Positions 1 to 13,100 of a stretch of DNA of 64,000 nt are shown piece after piece. The notes beneath the pieces were generated by a model that saw only the letters and a program-made list of their open reading frames with translations, was not told the origin of the DNA and did not search any database. Made by a program: the position numbers and the translations under genes. The DNA is taken from positions 52,888,001 through 52,952,000 of the forward strand of contig NC_045697.1 of the NCBI RefSeq assembly GCF_009834535.1, read 5' to 3'. How positions within the stretch are numbered: the first letter of the stretch is position 1; each line of letters opens with the position of its first letter. The DNA comes from Camelus ferus (taxonomy: Eukaryota).

Positions 1-229
1 AATAAAAAAGAGCTTCTGCTTTCTCTTCCTTCATGTCAAGGTTTAACTGCTAGCCTCCAATAAGAATCTAGTGCTATTTTCTTATAATCCTGAATATAAC
101 CAAAAAAAAAAAAAAAAAAAAACCCAAACCCTTTTGATTGGTGTCAGCATTGAAATGAGCAAGCTTATTTGGTTATTAACGTTCCAAAACCATTCTTCCA
201 TATACTTTTACTCATTCTTGGCTAGGGAT

Positions 230-1212
230 TGTGAAATAGTAAGAAATAAATCTACCTACATACTTATTTCAGCCCCTGGTTCCTAACACAGAGGTCCTAA
301 AACCCTAGTAATTTCCCAAGTGATAAGAGCTACAGGGGTATCTTCTGTTATATTTGGTTTCTGTTTCTAGGTCCTGAGTTTACCAGAGTTAAAGGTAAAA
401 GGAGCATCTTTGTTATTCATAAGTCCCATTCAATCAGTGTTTTTGAATAAGGTGAATAATATAATATTATTATATTATATTATATTATATTATATTATAT
501 TATATTATATTATATTATATAATAATATTAGCTGAATAAGTCAGCTAATAAGGTGACTTTTAGAAAGCCCCTAAGGATGTGTAGGCTGGTTGCCAGGGGA
601 ACCAGTGGCGTGATAAGAGGGTTGGAACTTTGAGCCACCCCCTTCCACCTCCAAATCCAGATAGGGGAGGGGGGCTGGAGATAGAGCTCAACCATCAAAG
701 ACCATGATTTAATCAATGTAGCCTACATAATGAGGCCTCCATAGAAACCCGAGTGGAAAGGGTTCAGAGAGCTGGTTAGTGAACACATCGAGGTAGCTGG
801 GAGGGTGATGTGCCCCAAGAGGGTATGTGGGTTCCATGCTCCTTCCCACATACTTTGTCCTATGCATCTCTTCCATCTGGCTGTTTTTGAGTTGTGTTCT
901 TTTATAATACACCTGTAATCTAGCAAGTAAACTCTTTCCCTGAGTTCTGTGAGCCTTTGTAGCAAATTACCAAACCTGAGGAGGGGCTCATGGAAACCTC
1001 CAATTTATAGCTGGTTGGTCAGAAGCACAGGTGACAACCTGGACTTGTGATTGGCATCTAAAGTGAGGGGGTGTCTGGTGGAGTCTGTGTTAACTCCAGA
1101 TAGCGTCAGAATTGAATTGCTGTTGGAGAATCAGTGGGTGTGGGAAAACACCCCACACACTCAGTGTCAGAGAGCACTGTGAATAACAGAGGGAAAAACT
1201 GTTTTTCCTTTA
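230..1212 (+). mobile_element. LTR remnant, MER21-like (ERVL class), copy 1
   Basis: Starts TGTGAAATAGTAAGAAAT, then ...CCCCTGGTTCCTAACACAGAGGTCCTAAAACCC... Clearly similar to 9319-10166 and to the reverse complement of 44126-44966. Family name is from memory of the consensus. Confidence 0.7.
458..528. repeat. (ATATT)n pentanucleotide microsatellite inside the LTR
   Basis: Direct reading: tatattatattatatt... over about 70 bp. Confidence 0.95.
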
Positions 1213-1530
1213 GATATCCACTTCTCTAATCTTTAAAAGATGTCCATTTATATTCCAAACTTGTCCAAGAGTTCTCTATGAAACCACACTGACTTCTTCA
1301 CTGCACTCCCATATCACAAAATAATCAACTTTAGGAGTTTCCTAAACTTCTTCAAGCACCTTTACCTGAAGAATTCCACACGCAGAAGAATACCTAGAAG
1401 ATTTCTGGGAACATCTAGAAGGACAGTAGTCAGTCACCTTTGTTTTGATGCAACATAAAAATTTTAGGTGTTAAGTATAAACCCAAGAGTTCCTTGCTCT
1501 GCTCAACTTATTCCATAGAAATAATTAAAA

Positions 1531-2072
1531 TGTTAGAGGGCAACACTGTGATCTGATCTAGAAGAGTTAGAGCTGCTTCTCTCATATTCCCTGAGTGATA
1601 CTGGGGCAATTTCTAATCTCTTTACATCTAACCTATAAAATATTGAGAGAGACAATCCTCCTTGGACTTCCTGCTCTACATTTCTTTATGGGTTGTACCA
1701 AGAATGCAAGGCCCTGAATGCTCTTTTATCCAGGCCATTTCTCAGGGTTGTGTATGTAACTGATCATCAGGAGAGATAAGACTTGCCTACTGCTTCCTGT
1801 AAAAGCAACAGATACCCCACACTCAACGTTCCTCAGCTGCAACACAGAACCACCACATGCATAGCATCTTCCTGAGCCATAGTGTCTCCTGGGTGCAACT
1901 CTGGTGCAAGAGGAACTGACACAAAAGTGTTGATGCTCAGTCTGCTTGTAGTGTTATGAGTAACAAGGTTTTTTGTCTCTAACTGAAAAGGAGTCATGTC
2001 TTTACCAGCATCCAAGAAACAGTAACAGGCTCATTTTTTAGCTTGCAAGTAGGGTAAACCCCAACCTTGACA
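1531..2072. mobile_element. Probable old LTR remnant (family uncertain)
   Basis: TG...CA-bounded segment of about 540 bp with LTR-like content, ending GGGTAAACCCCAACCTTGACA. No convincing TSD. Confidence 0.45.
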
Positions 2073-3369
2073 AAAAACAAAAACAAAAACAATAACAACA
2101 ACAACAAAACTAAATAGGAATAAACTCTCCCTTAGTTTAATTCCCTAGAACACTGTACATCTATACTCCAAATGAGACAACACCAAAAGTAATAAAGATA
2201 AAAGCACAATAAATTCCAGTGTAAGATTTGAGGCAGACCCTAAATATGAAATCACAGAAAACATGGAAGAAAGTATTCCAAGGGGTGGGAGTGGTTGTGT
2301 GAAATGAGGTGAAGGAAATAATGGAGTGGGGAGTTCTTCCTAAGGAGAACTGGAAAACACAGGAAGGGCAGAATCAAATGACAGGTCTCTAAAACCAGAC
2401 CTGCATATCCAGGAAGCAGGCAATGGGAACCTTTGCAGGTTTTCAGCAGGCAAGTCATAAGACTACAGCTTTGTTTGAGGGTGATTAGTCTGAAAGGATT
2501 ATGCAAAGGGAATTTGAAGAATTTGGTGGAGAGGATCAAAATGGCTTGCCCTGAAGAACTGTACCTGTTAAGGAAACAGAGGAGTCAAGAATAACCTAAA
2601 GTTTTTGCCCTGTGAGACTAGAATACTGTGCTGAAAATGGAAATTAAACAACAACAACAACAACTGAATAATTGTTTTGGAGGTAAGGGACAAAATCTGC
2701 TTGGTTTTGGATACAGTAAATGATACTTATGTGGAAGCATTCTCAACATAATTTTCAACACATAGTTGTACATACAAATTAAAGTTTGGGGTTGGATAGT
2801 CACTAGCATAAGGATAACAGCAGCAATTATTATAAATAAGATGTTTTCATCAGAGGAGATGGTTTAAAGAGAAACAGAAGGATGCAGGGTCACTGGCCGA
2901 GACTTTAAAAGGTGTTAACAATTACAGGCTGGGAACAGAACCCAACATACTGGCACTGCGGGAAGAACTCTTTTGCTTCTATCTCGGTAGCTAGAGCTAA
3001 AATGGACATACACCAGAGAGGCAGCACAGAATCCTGGACTAGCTTTCACACTGAAGGTCACGACCCCTTAGTGGAGTATAAAATCAATTTAGTATGTCCC
3101 ACATAGTAAGGTCATGCATTGTTTCATGAAGCCCTTGTTCTAGATGTTTACAAATCAATGATGTGTGTATGGAGTTTTGGTGAAAAAATATGTTTACAGT
3201 GGGTCTCTAGTCAACTAGGTTTGAACTTTGGTTTAGTGATTAAGAGCACAAGCCTTGGAGATGGCTCGCTGGAGTTTGAACTCTACTTGAATTCTTCCCC
3301 TAGCTGTAACCCTAGGCGAGTTTCTTCTCTCTTTTCTTTCTCTCTCTCTCTCTCTCTTTTTTTTAACTT

Positions 3370-3785
3370 CTTAATTTGAGATAATTGTAGATTCACATGC
3401 AGTTGTAAGAAACAATAGCGAGATATCGTGTACCCTTAACCTAGTTCCCCCAAAGGTAACATCTTACAAAACCAGAGTAACTTATTACAACCAGGAAACT
3501 GACACTGAATTACAGCATTGAATTATATCACCCTCATTTTGAACTTTTACAGCCACAGGCACTTCCCTTCTGCCTCCTACCTCCTTATAATCCACAGCAG
3601 CTACTAATCTGTTTTCCATTTCTAAAGTGCTGTCATTTCAAGAATGTTATATAAATGGAAATCATATAGCATGTAACTTTAAAGAAAAAAATTTTTTTTC
3701 TACTCAGCATAATTCTTGAGAGATCCATCCAGGTCATCAATAGTTTGTTCCTTTTTATTGCTGAGTAGTATTCCACTGGGATGGA
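3370..3785 (-). mobile_element. L1 3' UTR fragment (L1MC-like)
   Basis: TTTAATTTGAGATAATTGTAGATTCACATGCAGTTGTAAGAAA... resembles the reverse complement of an old L1MC 3' end, preceded by a T-rich tail. Confidence 0.7.
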
Positions 3786-5362
3786 ACTCTGTAGGCCTTA
3801 CTTTCTTCAGCCATAAGATGATAAGGGTTTTGAAGATTAAACAAGTTCATGTATATTAAATATTTGGAAATGCTTGGGGCATACTAATAAACAATTGTTA
3901 AGTATTAAAATTATTATGGCCTTCCACAATAAGTTTAATAATTTTCTTTAATTAAATATAGCCTTTCATTGAATGTCTATATGACACAGTGCTAGATGCT
4001 AAGAAAATCATTGGTATGTTCCTTCCACTTTTCAAGATGGCAGATAACAAGTCTTAACTCACAAAATATATCAAGGAACCAATAAGCAATCTTGATCAGG
4101 TAATATTTCACACAGGTATATTATTTTCCTAATTCAAGTAATGTCCCAGCCACTCCAATGCTCAGAGAGATAGGTAGTAATCTGGGCAACTGCAAATTCA
4201 TAGAATCTGTTTAAAAGGCTTATAAATGAGTACAGAAAGGAATTCAATATTTTTTGAGAAACTAAAGATAGTAAACCATGTGCTTTTTATTATTTCATTA
4301 CTCTTCATAATTTTCTAACGAGTTTCAAAACTTTAGATTCAAATTAATAGCATATAATGAGTGAGATGCAAGATAACTGATCAATGTTGTGAGCGTGATA
4401 CAATTCCACCCTAAGAAGACATTTCATATTCTACTAGACAGGTGTTATAGACACACTGAATGTAAAACCAACCATCACTGTAAGGAATCAGTTCACCAGA
4501 AAAACCCCAATCTTGCCAAAATTGAAACAAAAACCAAACCCCAAAGCTAACAGTTCAAATCCATGACCTCCTAGAGTTTATTATCTTAAAAAAAGCAGTC
4601 TTTCAGGAGGCTGGAACTCAGTGTTAAAAAGCCAACTCTTATGACACATCCATAACAACAGATAAGAAACAGAGTTAAAACAGCTCAGCAGTGATGGTCT
4701 CCTGAAGATCTGAGCCTACATTTATTACCAGCTTTCTCTGGGTCTGACTGCAGGTTCTTCCCATGACCCTGGGCTGCTATGCGTGTTATGTGTGGGTAAC
4801 ACTCCACAACTCATGTTCATTCTTGTTACAAGTACTCATTTACAAAAACTCTAACTTATGTAAACACTAAAATTCTAGAATTTCATATAACTGAAACAAG
4901 ACAAAAGATGTAGAAAATTATATTTAAAAAGACAAGGATGAAATGACTCAAAAAAAAAGTTAACAAGTAAAGCCATTTTCTTTCCCCCATTCTGATTTTC
5001 TTTATTTTAAGCTATACTCCAGAAAGACATTTCTGTAAATAGGTTCTTGGCTAACCATTTGACTGGTAATCTACTAAGACATCAAAGTAATACAATTCAT
5101 ATCTTCTGAGTTTTTCCCTTTCTGATTTCATCTATGATAATCATTCATAAAAATTCCAGCAAAAAGAAAATGAAAAAGAGGAGGCTGACTCTCACAGCAG
5201 GCTTGATTCTTGCAGTAGTACCTTGTATTAAAGAAATGGAAGTTTACCAGGGGTAAGTCATAGGGAAAAAAATCTCCAAGAAGGGCACAGATTTGTGGCT
5301 TTTATGTAGCTTTTTTCTTTATAACTAGTCTGTTAAAGGAATCAAAACACTGGTACCTGGTT

Positions 5363-5364
<2 letters not shown>

Positions 5365-5413
<49 letters not shown>
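5365..5413. repeat. (TAA)n trinucleotide microsatellite
   Basis: About 16 uninterrupted TAA units. Confidence 0.95.
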
Positions 5414-5414
<1 letters not shown>

Positions 5415-6842
5415 GCAGCTAACACAGTAAACAGTACTCATTGACTGAGCCAACAACTTCCTTTTTCTCTTGTCTATGAACTGTCAATCAACTAGACAAT
5501 ACTAATTTTTTTGTTCATCAAAATATAATTAATTATATTAAAAGCAGAATAAAAAATGGAATAAAAATAGTTTGTAGAAAATGAGATGAAACTCAGGATA
5601 ATTTACTCATTCAAAGTAAAATGCTAAAGAAGAAACTATTGGGCCTCACTGGAGAGAGAAAACTTCTTTAGTTTTTTGCCCGGTGTGACCAAATCTACCC
5701 AGGACCATACTGTCCCAAGTCTGATACGAACACCAAGAAGTTTAAGACAAATTCTGCTCTCAAGGATTTTACACTTTAACTAGGAATATAAACATACATG
5801 AATCAGAGAACATGTCAAAAGCTTCAACCTCCAAGTTCTGCAGAACCTGAGTGAATGGGGAAATGAATGCGGGCCAAAGCTGTCAGGGAGTGTGTCCCAG
5901 AGCTCTCCTCTAGACTGCAGGGGCTGCAGTGGGAGGGAGATGCGGTGTAAATGCTCTGGATGGAACGTCACAGGAACAAGGCAGGAGAGGAGGCTCAGGG
6001 CCGCTGACGCAGTCAGTGACAAGGCCAGCGTGGGCAGAGTAGTGGACGTGTGCCTATGAGAGTGCGCCCTGAAGCGTGTGCTATGAGAATGTGCCCAGCC
6101 AAAGTGGGAGAACATAAAATGATGCAATAAAGTGGAGCCAAACTTCAATTTTTCTATTTTTATTATAAAAAAATGTATTAATGAGCTCCCTAAAGTTAGG
6201 TGCCAATTACAGAAAAAAAAAATGATTGGTTTGTGGAACCTTCATACATTACAACACATGTGCTACTTTTCAAAGTAATTCCACCAGCTACCACATGACC
6301 AAGCTGAAAGTAGCTTGATGTTATGGAAATCTACAAATCAGAGAGCAACATTCCAGACCGAATACTTGAAGTTCCTGGGATCTGTTCGTGGAATTCATAG
6401 AAATATGTATATATCTATTTTTTTGGCATGAATGATAAAAAATTTACATTTTCCAACAAACAAATGAGAAAACAGCCATAGGAATACATGATATAATCTT
6501 GAAATAAAGTCCCCTTTGAACATGTTATTAAATAACAAATATTCTAAATGAACAGCATACACATATATTAATGCCACTTTACTTGGAACCATAAAGATAA
6601 AGATTTTAAATGCAAGACTCTGAAAACCCTAATCCTGTATGAAGTACCTGCATGGAAAATCTGGCAAATATGCTTACTGCTCCAGTTACTGTCATGGGAA
6701 ATAAAACCTAAAGCGGACACTTCCTCTTATGGAAAACAATCAAAAGGTGGTTAGAAAGTTAAAAAGAAAAAAGAAAGAAAAGAAAGAAAAGGAAAGAAAG
6801 AAAGGGAGAAAAAAGGCTAAAAGATGTTGGTGTGGCACGCAC

Positions 6843-6896
6843 CTTCTGTATCATCGCGCATTTGCTCCACCAAATCTGTCAAATCCTCCCAAGAGT
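6843..6896 (-). CDS. RUFY3: RUFY3 54-nt alternative cassette exon (phase 1-1), encoding DSWEDLTDLVEQMRDDTE when spliced to the proximal first exon
   Basis: Minus strand reads tctttcttttcctttctttttgccgtttgcaaag|ACTCTTGGGAGGATTTGACAGATTTGGTGGAGCAAATGCGCGATGATACAGAAG|gtgcgt. It is 54 nt, open in phase 1, and matches the phase of both first exons. It resembles the 18-aa insert I recall from a rodent Rufy3/singar splice form. Confidence 0.88.
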
Positions 6897-8449
6897 CTTT
6901 GCAAACGGCAAAAAGAAAGGAAAAGAAAGATAAAATGTCATGCAAGCCAAGAAAGAAAAGTGTTATTAAAAACAAGGTTTCAAAAGGGATAACTGAAAGG
7001 GAGATTCCCAGAACTCTTTGAGCTTAGCCCAAGAGGTTAGCAGTCACCCAAGGAGGAATGTGACACTAACAAAGCAGAGATATTAACTGTGATATTAAAT
7101 GTCGTAAAGCTGAGATTAATAATTTCAGTTTTTAATAAAAGGGAAGGTGCACATCCCATTAAAAAGTAACAGGTTTTTTTTCCCCCACTGAAAATCAAGA
7201 TTAGATTCTTGGTATTCTAAGTGTACGCAACCTCATTCAATATTCATTTTCATCCCCTCAGTGAAGCTGAAAAACATGTGGGGTGTTTTTTAGACTCAGG
7301 ACAAATATCATGATGCAAAACTAGTGACTTAGAATAATAAAGAAAAATCTCAATACTCTTCCTGATGCCCTCCACCCCAACAGTTCTCCTTCCCCAAAAC
7401 AAAAATAAAGGAAAAGTTGCTGTTTTGAAGACAAAATAAATCACTTATAATAAAATGAACACAGATAATGTTTATCCAGTTAAAAGTATAGTACTCTCTC
7501 CTCTTACTGTAAATTCAATGTTCGTGCACACAGGATAGTGAGAATATGAAGCAAAAGAACAAGAATGTCAAGATTACAAATGTAACAGATTATTCTATTA
7601 TTCTATAGTAGGTAGATTCTATTTTAGTGTCTTCTAACAGTGTCTTAAAACTGGTAGATCATTTTCTGTTCTGAAATAAGTTTTGAGAAGCTATAGAAAT
7701 TTTAAAAAATGAATTAGCATCTTCCTTCAGTAACTCTGAAACCATTATTTTACACACAATGGCATATTCATACTTAAACTCACAAAATCATGTGAATTTT
7801 ACATGTGTAAGTATGCAGCAAATAAAGGTAAGTTCTCAGGGAATGAACATAAAAGAATGAGAAAATGGGCCAAGAATGCTTTGCCCATGATAAGCCCTCT
7901 TTCTTGAAAGATTTATCACAGAAGTCAGCATAGTATCTGAAGCAATAACTTGGAATAACCATCTAAAAAAAGAACTTACCATTTGTCCTATTCTCACGAG
8001 TTTATAAAATACTACTGTAATTAAACTGATTAATTTTAGTTCTCATGTAACAGAATTTTCTATTAGACTATAAGGGTATATTCTAGTGTCAAATATATGG
8101 TCAGTTATTCTGTAAAGATGCGCAAAAAAAAGATCCAAGTATATAGAAAGTTTAAATTTAAATTTAAATTCAGAAAACAGGGAAGCAGATGGGGATCTAG
8201 TAAGGTGATATGTGATTAAAATGGAACTTTTCTGAAAAATAGATATATACAGATTATTGGCTAGGTCAAACACAAAGACAGGTAATACAAAAAGACTGCA
8301 AGTATCTATGCCCTATTACATTTGTGCTATCTCTCAATTCAAAAGTCTAGAAATTAATGATTTAGAAAACCAAGCACAGGAGTACAGCTCAGAGGACCAG
8401 GATTAAATTCCTAACTTCTGTCAACATCCCCAGCAAGTCACTTTATAAA

Positions 8450-8640
8450 CAGAGGCAGGAGAACATGCTGGTTCAGAGAACAGACTCAAGAGCGGGAACG
8501 CCTGGGCTCACGTCCCAGCCCCACCCCTCACTCGCTGTGTGACCTTGGTCCAGGTACTCCATCTCTTTTCCCTTAGTCAGTTCCCTCATCTGTAAAACAT
8601 GGACGAGAACAGGACCTGCCCTACAGCACTGGTGTGAGAA
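8450..8640 (+). mobile_element. MIR SINE fragment
   Basis: Core motif GCTGTGTGACCTTGG...CAGTTCCCTCATCTGTAAAA. Confidence 0.7.
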
Positions 8641-9318
8641 GTAAAGAGTAAACTTAGGTTCAAAACCTTTTATCTATTTTCTGGCCAAATGTATTTTGAA
8701 ATTCAGCATTTTATTTTTTAATTTTAGAAAGATAAAATGGTATACAGGGAGGCCAACAAACATGCAGAACTCGCAGGGCCTGGGGCAGCACTTCACATCA
8801 AGCATATTAGTATTCCTGTAGGAAATAATTAGATATTCAAATTAAATACAATAATTAAAGACTTTGAAGTACCGAGCACATTATAGGTACTCAATGTCCA
8901 CTCTACGTATACAAGAAACCACTGTGTGCCCTGTATTCTGATTTGGCTACAAACTGGAGTTATCTAAGTATATTTGCCATAATTATTCAAAGGAAATAGA
9001 GGGAATGGGATTGAAAAAAAAAACCCCTAAATATTAAACACAGCGAAAAACCCTAAGTCAATGTAAGTAGACTAAATGACAAATTTAACAGCTGAGGTGC
9101 TGTTAAACTAACAATAATACAATTAGGTTGTTAACATAACGGTAAACAGTAGTGAAAGAACTGTCAGGCTAATTTTTAAAAATGCTAATAGGTCCTGTTC
9201 TAATAAACCAGTAACTGAGGCTAAGGTCTATCTTCTTCCCAAAGTATAGTAAAAACCAAGAATATCAGCAAAAAAATCAAATGGTCTGAGAAAAAGTAAT
9301 ACTAAGTTACTGTGATAC

Positions 9319-10166
9319 TGTGATTTATAATAAGAAATACGTATTTGGTCTTCATCCCTAGTCGCTGACACAGAGCTCACGAAACCTTGTAAATTCCTAA
9401 GTGATGAGAACATTAGAAGCATCTTTTGCTCCAATGAGGTGACTCTGGGTGGGCTCCTGGATGGGAGCTGGTGCCTAGAAAGCCTAAGACATAATTAGAA
9501 GATTGGAATTATCAGCAGCATCCCCTCCTCCCGAGAGAGAGAAGATGTGGGCTGAAAATGGAGTTAATAATTGGTCTTGTCCATGTGAGGAAACCTCCTT
9601 AAAATCCCAAAATTATGAGGTTTGAAAGCTTTCAGGTTGGTGACCACATTCATGTACCCGGGAGGGTGATGTATCCCAACTCAACAGAGCAGAAGCTCCT
9701 GCTCTGAATCCTCCCAGACCTCACTCTAGGTATCTCTTTATCTGGCTGCATACCTATGTCCTTTACCATATCCTTTAATAAATTGGCAAAGCTAAGTGTT
9801 TCCCTGAGTTCCATGAGTTGTTTAGCACATAACTGAATTCAAGGGCGAGGAGGTCATGGGGACCTCCGATTTGCAGCCCAGTCAGAAGTTGTGGGTAACC
9901 TGGAGACCTACTACTTGCAATTGGCATCTCAAGTGGGGAAGAGGGGTCCTGTGGGACTGAGTCCTTGACCTGTGGGATCTGATGCTTTCTCTAGGCAGAT
10001 AAGAGTCAGAATTGAGTTAAATTGTGGGACACCCACCTGGTATTGCTGAATCACTTGGTCCTGGGAAAAACCTACACACATTTGGTGACCAGAAGTGTCA
10101 GAAGTGAAGTGTTCTGTGTGAAAGTAAAAGAGACCCAGGAGGAGAAATGTACATTTTCCCAATACA
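9319..10166 (+). mobile_element. LTR remnant, MER21-like, copy 2
   Basis: TGTGATTTATAATAAGAAATACGTATTTGGTCTT...CCCAATACA with TG...CA ends and an internal AATAAA near 9777. Homologous to copies 1 and 3. Confidence 0.75.
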
Positions 10167-13100
10167 GTTACCAGCATTTGAGCCATTTAATATTTACTGA
10201 GCACATCTGGGGAGCAAAGAACTTTACTAAGGCAGCTAAGTACGGTTAGTTTGCACAGAAGATACAAAGATGAAACATCCACAGACACTGCCCTTGAGGA
10301 GATCTAGGTAACTATGACACAAGGTAAAAGGGATTGGTATTAGAGAAATAAGAGAAGATAGAAGAGATTCCTAAGTCAGGTGAGCAGCTAGGTGACACAG
10401 GGCCTGAAGGGGAGAGAGGATGAGGAAAAGGGGCCTCCTCAGGAGACCTTCGCCCTCTTGCCTGAATGGTTGCAATGGCAGAAAATAACGTCTCTGATTA
10501 ACTGGACCTCAAATGGGTAGCTGCTGTCCATAGAACAGGACACAGTGAAATTCTCAGATAAGATATAGTACATCTCATACATATGCTAAGATTTACAGCC
10601 CTAGGAGAAAGAAAGAAGAAATTTCAGCAGCCTTTCATCCCAGAAAGTAAACTCTAGCAATCTCAGAAAAGGGTGAAATTTCTCACTGTACAATCAATGG
10701 TAAAACTCATTTTCTTCTGCTTAGGACATTGTCGCTAGTATAAAGAAAAAAAAAAAGATAAAACATCATGCAGTTTACAGCTGCTGAATCAGCTGTCCTA
10801 AAAACCACAACTGTTTCCTTTGGAAGTTCAGATTTCAACACACTGTGAGAAACCACAACCAATTGCAGTGGCAAAAGAAGAAGAGTTGCAAAGAGAAAGC
10901 CAATATGAAAATTCATGATGCCATGTATTAAAATTTTTAATGTTTATGGCAGCTTGGAATTGTATATAAAAATTAAAATACACTACTATTTGATAAAGAA
11001 ATTCCACTTCTAAAAATGAAAATTGTTCAAATGAAATGTGTTCAAGTTATAAACATAATGATATGCCAAAACTGTGGTAGCCTAATTTAGAAATAACCTA
11101 AATGTCTATAATAAGGGAGTCAAAGAAGTTATGGTACATCCAAACAAAAGACAGTAAATGAGGTGATATAGAGTTCTAGTTACTGGTACAGAAAGATGTT
11201 GCAGAGAAAAAAGGCAGGTCACACAACACAAGAATGGAATGATCTTACATGTATAAAGTTGTGTAAGCTTGTAAATGAACTCCATGTGTACATATTTAAA
11301 AAAGAGAATCTGGTTGCTAAATCTTACTAATAGTTATTGGCAAGTATTAGAATTTTAGGTGAATTCTACTAGTTTATATTTTTTACTTTTCTGTATTCTG
11401 TGACTCAAATGCAAATATATTCTTTTTATAACTAGAAAAATAAAGTTGTTTTCACTAAAATACACATATTCATTATACATTAATATATTATATATTAATA
11501 TATATTATTAGAACCCCATTATCTTCAATACACTGATAGATATTTTATTTTGGGAAATTCAATTACGATGAGTAATAAATACTTAGGGGCCGTTTGGCAA
11601 TAAGTCTGTTTCACTGTCCCTCAACACGTGTGTTTCTAAGCTCAGCAAATTCTTCCATTTGTTCTCTGGCAAAGTTCAAATGTGAAAATTGCAAGGGAAT
11701 GAATTTTAGTATTTACTTCCCTGTACTCAAAGGCACTTCGTAGCAGTCTCAGTGGACTGTTGGGAGTTGGAAGAACCACAATGGAAAATCATGCCCCATT
11801 ATGCTCTCTACCTTTCCAAAAGAAAGGCACCACCAAAACCCCCCAAATAATACAGAACCACAACTGAAGAGCAGAGAATACTGTGGGTGCTCTCAGATGG
11901 CAGCCTCTTTCTCTTCCCAGCTAGGTCTCACAGGTACCCAGGCTTGGGAATCCAACAACTTGAATTCCAATCTGAGTTCCATCTCTGAGTAGTAGTTAGC
12001 TAATCTGGTACAACATTCACCTCTGGAAAATGAGAAATATGTCCCTGATTAGTTTAGGACAAATGACCTTCTGGCACTGGAAGCTGATAACTCAAGGAAG
12101 AGTTAATATGAACTATGTTAAGAAAGGCACACATTAAAGTAAAAGCTACGTTCAAGAAAGGTCCAGAAAAAGCTCACCAATAGAGAAGAAAGCCAGTAGT
12201 AAGGCACTGTGATTAATGACAGTCCACTAAAGTGGATGCCAGTGGCAGAACTACTAAGGAGCTGGAAAGAAACTGAGAGTAGACCTGAAATTGGAAGGAG
12301 AAAGCTGATTTTAGGGAGAGCCCATTAAAGTCAGCTCAGAGGCATCAGGTGGCTCTTCTATGGCTTAATTACAGATTGGGGTACAAATGTAACTCAGCTA
12401 ATATTTTCCCCCAGCTTTAGGATTTTATAAAATCCTGGAAGTGAGTGGGTAAAACTTACCTTGGAAGGGTTACTAGCCTGGCTATTCCCAGAACACAGCA
12501 ACAAGAAGGGAAGAACCTTGTCCCAAGACCTCTGTCCAGTAGGCTTCTGAGATGGTAATAAAAGCTATAACCACTTCACTTTGAGAAGTTCACAAAGACT
12601 GCCCTGTGCACAAGTAATCACAACTCAGAGAACTTGACCCTGTAACTCTGAGGCTAACCCGGGCTGGTGGCAAATGTTCCAGTAATCTCACTGAGGGCAG
12701 TTTACAAAAGGAGGAGTGCATAGCGAAAGCAAAGAACAGTAACACAATTCTGTAAAAGATGAGAATCCTAACGACTCAGGTTTTATTTTCTGAACACAGG
12801 AAAGGAATAAATCAAATGCTGTACCGAATGCATCTAAGTCTAGACACTATTGGTCACCCTTGTGCACTGCATGCAGCTTCTAGACAGCTTGGAAAATAAA
12901 CCCTGGCCTGGCCTGTGACCTGGAAAAACTCAAGATGTCTACTTGAAACATTAAAAAACTGTACTGAAAACTGAATCCAAAACAGCAGCTCTGCTTTTAG
13001 GCTCCTGCTCCTGCTCATGGACATGGGAAACTCTGCCACGGAAGGTGCTTAACTCTTGAGTTAGACAGATAGATGACTGCACACCTACAGTTTTCATAAA

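Noticed and set aside
6729..6992. Lys/Arg-rich 87-aa plus-strand ORF
   Set aside because: It is the antisense reading of the pyrimidine tracts flanking the minus-strand cassette exon.
7975..8015. Minus-strand ATG|GTAAGT donor
   Set aside because: No convincing acceptor or promoter upstream. Isolated donor consensus matches are expected by chance.
12460..12546. Possible RUFY3 exon ending at a strong AAG|GTAAGT donor
   Set aside because: The candidate acceptors are weak, and each gives a stop or frameshift in phase 1. Nothing else supports it.
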